A stretch of DNA of 60,972 nt from an uncultured Planctomycetales bacterium (GTDB lineage: Bacteria; Omnitrophota; Gorgyraeia; Zapsychrales; Fredricksoniimonadaceae): contig CAZACW010000008.1 of the NCBI GenBank assembly GCA_964483785.1, positions 1-60,972 on the forward strand. Direction: 5' to 3'. A program made the position numbers and the translations under genes. The notes beneath the pieces are model-generated. The model saw nothing but the letters and a program-made list of their open reading frames with translations, did no database searches and was not told the origin of the DNA. Shown here piece after piece: positions 44,153 through 54,056 of the stretch (position 1 is its first letter; each line of letters opens with the position of its first letter).

Positions 44153-44823
44153 AATCCAAAATTTCCCAGCAGCAAGCATACCGCTTGGGCACGGATTACC
44201 AATTCATCGAATCCTTGCGGCTCGGCCCCTGGACTTCGTATAGTTTGCTCCACGATCCCAAGCACATGGGCTTTGTGCTGGCCCGCTATAAATTTTGCGC
44301 CAAGATGCTGGAGGGCATGGAAAGGGTTTTGGAAGTCGGCTGCGGGGACGGCTTCGGCACGCCGGTGATCGCCCAGGCCGTCAAGCACGTGGTGGCCATT
44401 GAACCGGATGTGAGGCATATCAAGTCCAACCGCCAGCGGCTGGCCAAGATCAAGAACGTGGAATTTCGGGCCATGAGCATCTGTGACAGCGTGCCGCCGG
44501 AACAATTTGACGCGGCCTTTTCCATCGACGTGATCGAGCATTTGGACAGGCCTTTAAACAGGTCCTTTTTCGAAAACCAATGCGCCTGCCTCAAGGATGA
44601 CGGTGTCTGCATCGTGGGCACGCCCAATATCACGGCCAATAAGCACGCCTCCCCGCGCAGCCGCGTGCAGCACATCAATCTGCAGGGCCAGGCGAGCTTG
44701 AAAAAAATGATGTCCAAATATTTCCGGCGCGTCTTCATGTTCGGGATGAACGATGAAGTCCTGCACACCGGCTTTGCGCCGATGTGCCATTATATTTTTG
44801 GCATGGGCGTTGGGTTAAAATGA
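44149..44823 (+). CDS. Class I SAM-dependent methyltransferase
   Basis: It has SAM motif I (VLEVGCGDGFGT) and post-I and II segments. It forms an ATGA overlap with the SDR gene. Confidence 0.8.
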   Translation: MKSKISQQQAYRLGTDYQFIESLRLGPWTSYSLLHDPKHMGFVLARYKFCAKMLEGMERVLEVGCGDGFGTPVIAQAVKHVVAIEPDVRHIKSNRQRLAKIKNVEFRAMSICDSVPPEQFDAAFSIDVIEHLDRPLNRSFFENQCACLKDDGVCIVGTPNITANKHASPRSRVQHINLQGQASLKKMMSKYFRRVFMFGMNDEVLHTGFAPMCHYIFGMGVGLK

Positions 44824-46601
44824 AATTATCCGACTTTATCGCCGAGTTTTTGCATCAGCAGGGGACCAGGCACGTGTTTGTGGTCTCCGGCGGTGCCATC
44901 ATCCATTCCATTGATTCCGTGGCCAGGCATCCGGGCATGCATTATGTCTGCGTCCAGCATGAGCAGGCTGCGGGTGCTGCGGCAGACGCCTATTGGCGGA
45001 CCTGCGGCAAGGTGGGGGCCTTGATGGTCACCTCCGGTCCCGGCGCCACCAATCTCACGACCAGCCTCTGCAACGCTTATTTTGATTCCATTCCCTTGCT
45101 GTGCATCTGCGGCCAGGTCACCACCCCGCGCCTGCGGCCGAGCGCGAACTTGCGGCAGAAAGGTTTTCAGGAAACGGACATTGTTTCCTTGTTTTCGTCC
45201 ATCACCAAATATGTGTATCGTGTCATGGACCCTTATGAAATCAAATACCAACTGCAAAAGGCCTTGTATCTGGCCCAGGAAGGCCGTCCAGGGCCTGTGG
45301 CCTTGGACATTCCGGATGATCTGCAGCGCATGGACATTGATCCGGCCAAACTCAGGGAATTTATTCCCCCCTTTAAGACGCCAGCGAGGGACATGGCTTC
45401 TCAGCTTAAAACCCTGCTGGGCTGGATCGAAGAGGCCAAACGGCCTTTGGTGATTTACGGCGCCGGCATCCGCATCGCCGGGGTGATCGAACCTGCCCTG
45501 GAATTTTTGCGCAGCTTGAGCTTGCCTGCGGTTTTGACCTGGGGCGGCAAGGACATTATGGACCATGAGGATCCGCTGAACATGGGAGGGATCGGGGTCG
45601 TTGGCCCGCGCTGGGGCAATTTCGCCGCCCAGAACGCGGATCTGATCATCGCGGTGGGGACCAGGCTTTCCCAGATGATCACCGGCGGGAAAACCACCTT
45701 GTTCGCGCCCCATGCCAAAAAGGTCCTGGTTGACATCGACCCTTTTGAACTGCAGAAATTCACGGCCAATGATTTCCATTTGGATTTGGGGATTGAGAGC
45801 GCTTTTCCGGAATTTTTTCAGGCCTTAAACAAGGCCCTGCGTCCGCAGGAAGAGGAAGACCGTTATGCCTCCTGGCGCGCCCAGATCAGGGCCTGGGAAC
45901 AACAGTATCCGATTTGCCCGCCCTCTAAATATGAGCGGCAGGATTTTGTCGACGGCCATGTCTTTGTCAAAACCATTTCCAAGTTGAGCCGGGCCGATGA
46001 CATCTATATCGCGGACACCGGTGCCAATATTTCCTGGACCCTGCAGGCCATTGAGTTAAAACAAGGCCAGCGGATTTTTTCCGCCTGGAACCATACGCCC
46101 ATGGGCTATGCCCTTTCCGCGGCCGTCGGCGCGGCCTCAGCCGGCCCGCAAAGGATCTTGTGTTTGACCGGCGATGGGGGGCTGATGATGAATATCGAGG
46201 AGCTGGCCACCATCCGCCGCTATAATCTGGATGTCAAGCTCTTCATCTTCAACAACGGCGGCCACGCCATCCAGAAACAGACCATCGACACCTGGCTTAA
46301 GGCCCATTATGTCGCCGTGGATGAGCCCAGCGGTCTGGCCTTTCCGGATTTTGTCAAAACCGCCCAGGCCTTTCATCTGCCGGCCCTGAGGGCCTCCAAG
46401 CACGATGAGCTGGAATCCGTGGTCCGGCAGGCCTTGGACACGCCTGGGCCGGTAGTCTGCGATATCATCATCGACCCAGCCCAAAAAATCGAGCCCATGC
46501 TGAAATTCGGCAGCGGTCTCGAAGACTTAAACCCCAAACTTCCCGCTGAAGATATCGCGCGGATCATGGGCATCTCTAATTCGCTCGTCAATTCTCCCTG
46601 A
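44820..46601 (+). CDS. TPP-binding enzyme of the acetolactate synthase / YerE-like family
   Basis: It starts MKLSDFIAEFLHQQGTRHVFVVSGGAIIH and has GPGATNL and a C-terminal TPP motif (LTGDGGLMMNIEELATI..FIFNNGG). Confidence 0.85.
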   Translation: MKLSDFIAEFLHQQGTRHVFVVSGGAIIHSIDSVARHPGMHYVCVQHEQAAGAAADAYWRTCGKVGALMVTSGPGATNLTTSLCNAYFDSIPLLCICGQVTTPRLRPSANLRQKGFQETDIVSLFSSITKYVYRVMDPYEIKYQLQKALYLAQEGRPGPVALDIPDDLQRMDIDPAKLREFIPPFKTPARDMASQLKTLLGWIEEAKRPLVIYGAGIRIAGVIEPALEFLRSLSLPAVLTWGGKDIMDHEDPLNMGGIGVVGPRWGNFAAQNADLIIAVGTRLSQMITGGKTTLFAPHAKKVLVDIDPFELQKFTANDFHLDLGIESAFPEFFQALNKALRPQEEEDRYASWRAQIRAWEQQYPICPPSKYERQDFVDGHVFVKTISKLSRADDIYIADTGANISWTLQAIELKQGQRIFSAWNHTPMGYALSAAVGAASAGPQRILCLTGDGGLMMNIEELATIRRYNLDVKLFIFNNGGHAIQKQTIDTWLKAHYVAVDEPSGLAFPDFVKTAQAFHLPALRASKHDELESVVRQALDTPGPVVCDIIIDPAQKIEPMLKFGSGLEDLNPKLPAEDIARIMGISNSLVNSP

Positions 46602-46611
46602 AAGTCCTGCC

Positions 46612-47325
46612 ATGGCTGACGGAGTCACCATAGTCATTCCCGCGTTCAGGGAAGAAGGCAACATTGAAGCCGCGCTCGACAATGCGGTCAACGTGGCCAA
46701 AAGCATTACGCCTGATTACGAAATCATCGTGGTGGATGACGGCAGCCCGGACAGCACCGGGGATTTCGCCCGCCTCAAGGCCCAGGTCAATCCCAAGATC
46801 AAGGTGGCGGTGAATGCCTCCAATGAAGGCTTCGGCTACTCTTTTGCCCGGGGCGTTCAAATGGCCTCCAAGGAATTCATCACCGTGTTTCCCGGCGACA
46901 ATGACATGGCGGCCCGCTCCCTGCAGGATTTGCTCGAGGCGCGCGGCTCCGCGGATCTGGTCATCTCCTACATGCAAAAGACCAGGAAACGCTCCTTGTT
47001 CCGGCGTTTTGTGTCCAAGGTCTTTGTCATCACCATGAATTTTTTCTTCCGGCTGGATTTGAAATATTACAACGGCAGTTTCATCTGCCGCCGGACCTTG
47101 CTTCAGGCCATTCCCATCAAATCCACGGGATTGGCGGCCCTGGCGGAATGCACCGTGCGTTTGTTAAAGAAGGGGGTGAGCTGGCGCGCGATCTATTTCG
47201 AACATACCGGCCGCCGCCACGAGAAGTCCAAGGCCTTTCATTTCAAGAGCATCATGGCTGTGCTTAAAACCTACTGGATCTTATGGCAGGACATTTATTT
47301 TCCAGCCCCTTCCCATAATGTTTAG
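46612..47325 (+). CDS. GT2 glycosyltransferase (polyprenyl-phosphate sugar synthase-like)
   Basis: It has VTIVIPAFREEGNI, IIVVDDGSPDST and FPGDND (DXD). Confidence 0.8.
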   Translation: MADGVTIVIPAFREEGNIEAALDNAVNVAKSITPDYEIIVVDDGSPDSTGDFARLKAQVNPKIKVAVNASNEGFGYSFARGVQMASKEFITVFPGDNDMAARSLQDLLEARGSADLVISYMQKTRKRSLFRRFVSKVFVITMNFFFRLDLKYYNGSFICRRTLLQAIPIKSTGLAALAECTVRLLKKGVSWRAIYFEHTGRRHEKSKAFHFKSIMAVLKTYWILWQDIYFPAPSHNV

Positions 47326-48916
47326 AAATCCTCTTCTTATGGCGTTTGGCCTTGGCCTGGCGGCGCTGGCCGGGATTGTTCTGCGTTTTCATCATATCGG
47401 CACGGCCCAATTCCTTTTTTACGATGAGGGCATGTACTTAGGGTATAACCGGGCTTTTTTGAATCTGGTGGCCAATAATCCTCCGCATCATTTTCAGGAA
47501 TTGGCCATCATCCTTTCCCTGATGCTTAAAACCGCCTTGTCCACGGCCAAGGCCCTTTGGTTTTTTATTTTGAGCCTAAGGGTCTTTGTGTTCGGCCCTC
47601 AGGCCTGGGCCTTTGCCCGCTGGGTCTCTGCTTTCAGCGGCCTGGCCACGGTCGTGGTCTTGTATTTTTGGGCCGGACGCGTTTTTAAATCTCAGCGCAT
47701 CGCCATTTTAAGCGCGCTGATCCTGCTTTTTCTGCCCAGCCATGTATTTTATTCAAGATCAGGCATGCAGGAGGCGCTGAGCACCTTATTATTTTTAGGC
47801 GCGGTTTATTTCTATATGCTGGAGGCCCGCCTCCGCTGGCCTTTGTTTGTTTCAGCGTTTTTGCTGGCTGCCGTGTATTTGACCAATTACCGCATGATCA
47901 TCGCGCCGGTCTTTATGGCTTTTATCGAATATTTCGGCGCCTTTGAGCAGGGGACTTTTCAATCTAAAAAACACTGGCAGAAATTGGCTGTGTTTGCCGT
48001 TGTTTACGGCATCCTGATCTTAGGGGCAGGCAGCCTTTATGGGGGCATCAATCTGTATGTCAATTTTGCCTGGATGTTTCACCAGGCCCAGGATGCCGGC
48101 GGAAAATTCAATCCCGTCAATTTTATTTCCTATCCTTATGATGTGTTTGCCCTGGAAGGCATTGGCTTGGCCTGTTTTTTCTGGGCGAATCTTTATTTGG
48201 TGAAATTAAAAGAATACACGAAACTACTGCCCTTTGGCCTGGTCGTTCTGCAGATGGTGCTTTTTTCCTTTGCTGCGGAAAAAGGGGCCAGGTATCTGTG
48301 CGTGATGCTGCCCTTCATGGCCTGCGCTGCGGCCGTGGTGCTGGATGATGCCTGGCAAAGGTTCAAAGCCGCAAGGGGTTGGATATTGGTCTTGTCCGCC
48401 GTGGCAGCGGCCGGCATGGTTTATACGTGCGCCGTCTTGGCTGCAGCCAGGACAGATTATGGCGAGGCGGTGCGTTTTCTGCTGGAGCGTGATCCCCGGG
48501 CCTCGATCATCAGCACCCAGCCTTTAGTGGAAGGTTTGTATGTCACAGATGAGCGGCAAATCCTGCCATGCCCCAAGGACCTCAGTGCCTTGGTTTCCTT
48601 GTATCAACAGGGGGCGAGGTATTTGGTCCTGGATCCGCAGGCCTATATATCCTGGACAGCTGATGGACGGAGATTCTCGCCGCCGTTGATCGATTTTTTG
48701 AACATCACGCTTAAAACGGTTGCGCCGATTAAAACCTACGATCATCTGAATTCCGTATTATTGGGCCGTTTTGTTTTGGACCATAATGAGCAAATCCTGG
48801 ATTCTTTGTCGTTTTTGTCCCACGCTTCCCAGGAAGGGTTTGGTAAGATCAGGATTTACGCCTTAAATGATGTCTTTTTCAGCCTGAAGCAGGCCCACGC
48901 GGCGGGATTAATATAG
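47318..48916 (+). CDS. GT39/ArnT-PMT-like polytopic glycosyltransferase
   Basis: 532 aa. It has ~10 TM helices, an early loop FLFYDEGMY (the DE motif position of GT-C enzymes) and a soluble C-terminal domain. Confidence 0.7.
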   Translation: MFRNPLLMAFGLGLAALAGIVLRFHHIGTAQFLFYDEGMYLGYNRAFLNLVANNPPHHFQELAIILSLMLKTALSTAKALWFFILSLRVFVFGPQAWAFARWVSAFSGLATVVVLYFWAGRVFKSQRIAILSALILLFLPSHVFYSRSGMQEALSTLLFLGAVYFYMLEARLRWPLFVSAFLLAAVYLTNYRMIIAPVFMAFIEYFGAFEQGTFQSKKHWQKLAVFAVVYGILILGAGSLYGGINLYVNFAWMFHQAQDAGGKFNPVNFISYPYDVFALEGIGLACFFWANLYLVKLKEYTKLLPFGLVVLQMVLFSFAAEKGARYLCVMLPFMACAAAVVLDDAWQRFKAARGWILVLSAVAAAGMVYTCAVLAAARTDYGEAVRFLLERDPRASIISTQPLVEGLYVTDERQILPCPKDLSALVSLYQQGARYLVLDPQAYISWTADGRRFSPPLIDFLNITLKTVAPIKTYDHLNSVLLGRFVLDHNEQILDSLSFLSHASQEGFGKIRIYALNDVFFSLKQAHAAGLI

Positions 48917-49026
48917 GGGACAGCGCCCTATTTTTATTATAAGTTTTCATATTTTATAAGGACGGCTTAACGGTGTTGCGCAAGAAACAATCAGGGGTTT
49001 TTCGCCAAAAGTCGGCAAGGTTTTAC

Positions 49027-49092
49027 AACCTCCACAACCCCGGAGGTTGTGATGGTTTGAAGTCCATCACAACCTCCGGGGTTGTGGAGGTT
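49027..49092. repeat. REP-like doublet (two 27-nt units in inverted orientation)
   Basis: CCTCCACAACCCCGGAGGTTGTGATGG (49029-49055) and CCATCACAACCTCCGGGGTTGTGGAGG (49064-49090) are separated by an 8-nt spacer. Together they form a larger cruciform-capable palindrome. Confidence 0.85.
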
Positions 49093-49107
49093 CGTCGCCG
49101 TGAAAAA

Positions 49108-49156
49108 ACATATCCTTGCATGCCTATAGATAGCGTTATGTCGAACTGACGTTAAT
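49108..49156 (+). repeat. Conserved module shared with the tRNA-spacer element
   Basis: ACATATCCTTGCATGCCTATAGATAGCGTTATGTCGAAC (49108-49146) is identical over 39 nt to 23639-23677. In both copies the next 10 nt end in CGTTAAT. Confidence 0.85.
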
Positions 49157-49235
49157 ATAGAGAACAGAGTCCTCTGTTCCAAACAAATTAAAAAAATAGG
49201 GCGCTGTCTTTCATATTCAAGATATAATACAACCC

Positions 49236-51233
49236 ATGACTTACCAGGAATTCGTCCAGCAGATCGAAAATTTCGACGGGCAATACAGCAAGGACATCAA
49301 CGCTTCCACCTATTTTTCCTTTCCCATGGCCCCGCTCTTGGAAGCCGAAACCAAGCTGGCCCAAACAGAGACGCGCTCCATTGCTTATTTTTCCATGGAA
49401 TACGGCCTGGCGCCGAGCATTTACAATACCTTTGCGCTCAACCGGCCCCTGAGCGAGAAGAACACCTTTTACAAACATCAGGTTTTTTCCAATTACTGGA
49501 TCTCCGACTATGTGTTTAAGATCAATATCCAGAAAATGCTCGACATCCCCATTTACAGCGGCGGCCTGGGGGTATTGGCCGGGGACACGGTCAAGAGCAT
49601 CGCGGATTTAGGCCTCTCTGTCGTGGCCTTTGGGATCTTATGGAACAAGGGATATTTCAAGCAGAATTTTTGGTACAAATACGGACAGGTCCCCGAGGAG
49701 CTTGCCTGGGACCCGCAGTCCTATCCGGGGCTGATCCCCTTAAAGAACCGGATCCGCATGAAGACCAAGGAGGGAGACCTTCTTTTGCGTTTATGGAAAT
49801 ATTATGTGTACAGTTACGACAAAAAACAGGTGGTCCCCCTGGTGCTCTTGGACTCCAATCTTCCTGAAAATAAAGAGGCGTTCAGGAAATTGACCGACCA
49901 GCTCTACCGCAGTGACCAGGTGTTTTGGCGCATCCTGCAGCGCTCCATCCTCGGCATAGGCGGCATGAAGGCCATTGATGAACTGCAGTATAAGGTCGAT
50001 TGCTATCATTTGAACGAGGGCCACGCGGCTTTTGCCTTGGTGGAAAAATATGTGCAGCTGGCGGACAAGTCCAGGATGGAGGCTGAAAAGAAAAAATTCG
50101 TATACACCTGCCACACGCCCGTGGCTGCCGGCCATGACCGTTTCCATATCAACGATTTAAAGGGGATTTTTACCGACGAATATGTCCAGGCGGCCGAGAA
50201 ATTCGGCAAGGAAAACGCCGCTTCCCAGGACGTGAATTTGACCTACATTTGCCTGGACAATTGCCGGCATGTCAATGCCGTGGCCCAAAAGCACGGTCAG
50301 ATCATGCGCCTGCAGTTTCCCGCCTTTGCCAAGCGCATCGATGCCATCACCAACGGCGTGCACGCCCATACCTGGGTGTCGGAGAGCTTTGCCCGTCTTT
50401 TTGACAATTACGCCCGGGTCTTCGGCGATTGGCGCCGGGACCCCCGCCGCCTGGAGGAAGCCGGCCGGCTCATCGAGGATGAGAATTTTAGGAAGGACAT
50501 TTTTGAAGCGCACCAGGCCAATAAGCGCCAGCTGTTGAATGTGGTCAAATATTGGAAACTGCAGGAAGATATCCTGACGATCTGCTGGGCCCGCAGAATC
50601 ACCAATTATAAAAGGCCGTCCCTGCTTTTTCATCATGTCCACGAGATCCTTAACATCGCCCAGAAGGCAGGGCCTTTGCAGATCATCATCGCCGGCAAAT
50701 CCCATCCCATGGACACCATGGGCGCCAAGCACATTCAAAACATCATGGACCATGTGGACCAGCTCAACAAGCAGTTTAAGTCCGTCAAGGTGCTGGTCCT
50801 GGAAAATTATGACACGTATTTCGGCAAGCTGTTAAGCAATTCCGTGGATGTTTGGCTTAACAATCCCTTGCCGCCCTTTGAGGCCTCCGGCACCAGCGGC
50901 ATGAAGGCCATTCTTAACGGAGTGGTGCAGCTGTCCACCCTGGACGGGTGGGTGGTGGAGGCGCAAGAGGACAATATCGGCTGGATTTTCGGCTACCGCC
51001 ATCAGGGCCCTGAGATCGGCGATGAAGGCCAATTGCGCCTGGAGGAGGATTCCAAGGCCTTGTACGCGGCCCTGCGGGACGTGACCGGGCTTTATTACCG
51101 CACGAACAAAAACGGCGCCGTTGATATCCACAGCCCATGGATCGACAAGATGATCCATTGCGTGCGCCGCGGCGGATTTTTCAACACCCAGCGCATGGTG
51201 CAGGAATACCATGCCAAGATGTGGGCCGCTTGA
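49236..51233 (+). CDS. glgP: Alpha-glucan phosphorylase (GT35)
   Basis: 665 aa. It has [38 protein letters not shown] and the PLP-lysine region [10 protein letters not shown]. Confidence 0.9.
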   Translation: MTYQEFVQQIENFDGQYSKDINASTYFSFPMAPLLEAETKLAQTETRSIAYFSMEYGLAPSIYNTFALNRPLSEKNTFYKHQVFSNYWISDYVFKINIQKMLDIPIYSGGLGVLAGDTVKSIADLGLSVVAFGILWNKGYFKQNFWYKYGQVPEELAWDPQSYPGLIPLKNRIRMKTKEGDLLLRLWKYYVYSYDKKQVVPLVLLDSNLPENKEAFRKLTDQLYRSDQVFWRILQRSILGIGGMKAIDELQYKVDCYHLNEGHAAFALVEKYVQLADKSRMEAEKKKFVYTCHTPVAAGHDRFHINDLKGIFTDEYVQAAEKFGKENAASQDVNLTYICLDNCRHVNAVAQKHGQIMRLQFPAFAKRIDAITNGVHAHTWVSESFARLFDNYARVFGDWRRDPRRLEEAGRLIEDENFRKDIFEAHQANKRQLLNVVKYWKLQEDILTICWARRITNYKRPSLLFHHVHEILNIAQKAGPLQIIIAGKSHPMDTMGAKHIQNIMDHVDQLNKQFKSVKVLVLENYDTYFGKLLSNSVDVWLNNPLPPFEASGTSGMKAILNGVVQLSTLDGWVVEAQEDNIGWIFGYRHQGPEIGDEGQLRLEEDSKALYAALRDVTGLYYRTNKNGAVDIHSPWIDKMIHCVRRGGFFNTQRMVQEYHAKMWAA

Positions 51234-51234
51234 T

Positions 51235-52050
51235 ATGCGTCAGTACTTAGACCTTGTTAGGCACATATTGGAGCACGGCGAGCGCAAGGAGGACCGCACC
51301 GGCACCGGGACCATGTCCATTTTCGGTTACCAGTGCAAATATGATCTGCGTGACGGCTTTCCGCTGTTGACCACCAAAAAGGTGCTGTTTGAGGCCCTGG
51401 TCTATGAACTGCTGTGGTTTCTGCGGGGCAGTACCAATATCCATGATGATTTAACACAGCACACGCCCATTTGGAACGCCTGGGCCTCGCCCGACGGAGA
51501 ATTAGGCCCGGTGTACGGGTACCAGTGGCGCAAATGGGAAAAATTCGTTTTGGATGAAAAGACCGGGGCCTTTCGCAAAGAGCATATCGACCAGGTCCAA
51601 AATGCCCTGCATCTGATCAAGACCAACCCGGATTCCCGCAGGATCATTGTCAGCGCCTGGAACGTTGCGGATATCGACCGCATGGCCCTGCCGCCCTGCC
51701 ACGCCTTTATCCAATTCTATGTGGTCAACGGCCGTCTGGACTGCCAATTGTACCAGCGCTCGGCGGACGTGGCCTTAGGCGTCCCGTTTAACATCGCCAG
51801 TTACGCCCTGCTCATGAGCATGGCTGCCATGGAATGCGGTCTTACACCGGGCATCTTTGTGCATACGCTGGGGGACGCGCATATTTATCTTAACCACATC
51901 GAAGGCTTAAAGCTCCAGCTGGAGCGCACGCCGACGGCCCTGCCGCGCCTTGTGCTGCCTAAAAAAAATGTCCTGGATTTTACCTTTGCCGACATTCAAT
52001 TGATGGGTTATCAGCCGGCCCCGTTCATCAAATTTCCTATCGCCGTATAA
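51235..52050 (+). CDS. thyA: Thymidylate synthase (ThyA type)
   Basis: It has [26 protein letters not shown], the active-site PPCH ([13 protein letters not shown]), and DAHIYLNH. Confidence 0.93.
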   Translation: MRQYLDLVRHILEHGERKEDRTGTGTMSIFGYQCKYDLRDGFPLLTTKKVLFEALVYELLWFLRGSTNIHDDLTQHTPIWNAWASPDGELGPVYGYQWRKWEKFVLDEKTGAFRKEHIDQVQNALHLIKTNPDSRRIIVSAWNVADIDRMALPPCHAFIQFYVVNGRLDCQLYQRSADVALGVPFNIASYALLMSMAAMECGLTPGIFVHTLGDAHIYLNHIEGLKLQLERTPTALPRLVLPKKNVLDFTFADIQLMGYQPAPFIKFPIAV

Positions 52051-52089
52051 GCCGGGAGGGCCCGATGTACGCGGGCGCACACCAAGTCC

Positions 52090-52614
52090 ATGAGACCATT
52101 TTCGATCATTGTTGCTTTTGATGCCAAATACGGGATCGGCAAAAACGGCCGTCTGGCCTGGGACCTGCCTTCGGATTTAAAATATTTCAAAGAGATCACG
52201 ACGCGCGTAAGCCATCCTTCCAAGAAAAACGCCGTGATCATGGGGCGCAAGACCTGGGACTCCTTGCCGCCGAAATACAGGCCCTTGCCTGGGCGCGTCA
52301 ATGTGGTTTTGAGCCATTCGGCTGTTTTGGATCTGCCTGCGGGCGTCCATGCCGCCCAAAGCCTTGAACAAGCCATCGCCCTTTTGCCTGCCGCAGAGAT
52401 CGAAGATATATTCGTCATCGGCGGTTCCCAGATTTTCAGCCTGGCCCTGGCGCATCCCAGCTGCCTGCGCCTTTACGTGACCCATGTGCAAGGGGATTTT
52501 GCCTGCGATGTCTTTTTTCCTGCCATCAGCCTGCAATTTATGCTCATCAGCGCTTCGGAAAATTTAATGGAAAACGGGACCAGTTATCAATTTTCCATCT
52601 ATATGCGCCAATGA
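52090..52614 (+). CDS. folA: Dihydrofolate reductase
   Basis: It has IVAFDAKYGIGKNGRLAW, VIMGRKTWDSLP and IFVIGGSQIF, and follows thyA. Confidence 0.9.
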   Translation: MRPFSIIVAFDAKYGIGKNGRLAWDLPSDLKYFKEITTRVSHPSKKNAVIMGRKTWDSLPPKYRPLPGRVNVVLSHSAVLDLPAGVHAAQSLEQAIALLPAAEIEDIFVIGGSQIFSLALAHPSCLRLYVTHVQGDFACDVFFPAISLQFMLISASENLMENGTSYQFSIYMRQ

Positions 52615-52834
52615 TTTTGTTCGATTTTTCCTTGTTTTTAGAAAGCGCTTTCTTCCAACCGCCTGATTTGATCCTAACTTTTTTCAGAACAAGGGGATAT
52701 GCCCTTTTCTTTCAGGGAAGAAATTCCGATTTTTCGTATTTTAGATGAAGTAAACCGGTTTTTTTTGCGATATACTTTTAATTAAGTTCGTGCAGTTATG
52801 ATTTTTATCCTTATGTTGCGCTGTCCATAGAGTA

Positions 52835-52863
52835 TTGACGAAGAAGTTTTTCGTTTCTATATA
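52835..52863 (+). promoter_or_regulatory. sigma70-type promoter for the REC-EAL gene
   Basis: TTGACG (52835-52840), an exact 17-nt spacer, then TATATA (52858-52863). It sits in a 287-bp AT-rich spacer. The SD GGAGGTG lies before the TTG start at 52902. Confidence 0.55.
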
Positions 52864-52901
52864 GTGGGTCTTAAGCTGGTCGAACTCTATGGAGGTGCGC
52901 C

Positions 52902-54029
52902 TTGAGCGCTCATAACGGAAAAACGATTCTCATTGTTGATGATGAACCATCCATCTCCGAGCTTTTGACCGTCCTGTTATCATCCCAAGGATATACCACC
53001 AAGGTGGCCGCCTCCGGCCGGCAAGCACTGGAGAATATTACTCCCGATATTGATTTAGTGCTGATGGACATGGTCCTTCCGGATGTGGAAGGCTTAAGTG
53101 TGTGCCGTCAGATCAAGACCCAATCCCCCCATAAAGATATTCCCATCATCGCCATCAGCGGCAAGCAAAACAGGCCCGATGCCAAGGAATCCCTAATTTG
53201 CGGGGTCGAGGATTATCTGCACAAGCCTTTCGAACCCGAGGAACTATTTGCGCACGTGGAAATGGTCTTGCAGCGCCATGAACTGCATTTGGCCGGTGAA
53301 TTCAAGCGCATCATCAACGAGGAATCCATCCATGTCCGTTTTCAGCCGATCTATTTTTTAAAGCCCATGAAATTGCTGGGCCTGGAAATGCTCAGCCGGC
53401 CCCAGACGACCAGCCCCATCCTTCATCCCGATATTTTTTTCAAGGCCGCTTTGAAATTCGGGGTCTATTATGAGGTGGAGATGATCGGCTGGCGCAAGGC
53501 GCTGAAAATGGCCGCGGAGAGTTTCGACGGCCGCCAGACCCTGTTTTTGAATTGCGAAACCAATCTGCTGGAAAATAGAAATTTTAATGCCATCAAAAGC
53601 ATGTTTTCAAGCATCGGGGTGTCCGGCAACGACATTTTCCTCGAGGTCACGGAACGCACGGCTGTGATTGCCTTCGATGAATTTTATAAGAGAATCCATG
53701 AATACCGCCAGGAAGGGTTTAAGATCGCGGTGGATGATATGGGCGCGGGGTATTCCAACCTGGAATCCATCGTCAAGATCGGGCCGGAAGCGATCAAGCT
53801 GGTCAAAAATGTCGTCAAAGGCGTCAGCGCGGACATCTATAAAAACAGTATGATCAAGCTGATCTCAGGCTTCTGCCGGGAAAACGGAATCGTCCTCATC
53901 GCCGAAGGCATTGAAACCAAGGAAGATTACGAGGCCTTGCTTGATTTGGGCGTGGAAGCGGGCCAAGGATATTTTCTGTGCCGTCCCACCGAACTCTCAG
54001 ACCTGAAAGAAAAACGCCTTTTGGAATAA
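52902..54029 (+). CDS. Response regulator with an EAL-domain c-di-GMP phosphodiesterase output
   Basis: The REC domain has ILIVDDEP..DLVLMDMVLPD..PIIAISGK. The EAL domain has an EML variant of the EAL motif (GLEMLSRP), plus FLNCE, LEVTER, DDMGAGYSNL, EGIET and GQGYFLCRP. Confidence 0.85.
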   Translation: MSAHNGKTILIVDDEPSISELLTVLLSSQGYTTKVAASGRQALENITPDIDLVLMDMVLPDVEGLSVCRQIKTQSPHKDIPIIAISGKQNRPDAKESLICGVEDYLHKPFEPEELFAHVEMVLQRHELHLAGEFKRIINEESIHVRFQPIYFLKPMKLLGLEMLSRPQTTSPILHPDIFFKAALKFGVYYEVEMIGWRKALKMAAESFDGRQTLFLNCETNLLENRNFNAIKSMFSSIGVSGNDIFLEVTERTAVIAFDEFYKRIHEYRQEGFKIAVDDMGAGYSNLESIVKIGPEAIKLVKNVVKGVSADIYKNSMIKLISGFCRENGIVLIAEGIETKEDYEALLDLGVEAGQGYFLCRPTELSDLKEKRLLE

Positions 54030-54056
54030 GGCGCTTTTAGGATCCCCTAAAACATC

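Larger units (their letters stand above)
48919..49208. repeat. Intergenic element bounded by a 17-bp perfect inverted repeat (MITE-like)
   Basis: GACAGCGCCCTATTTTT (48919-48935) and its exact reverse complement AAAAATAGGGCGCTGTC (49192-49208) enclose a REP doublet, a conserved 39-bp module and a small hairpin (GAACAGAG-TC-CTCTGTTC). Confidence 0.7.
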
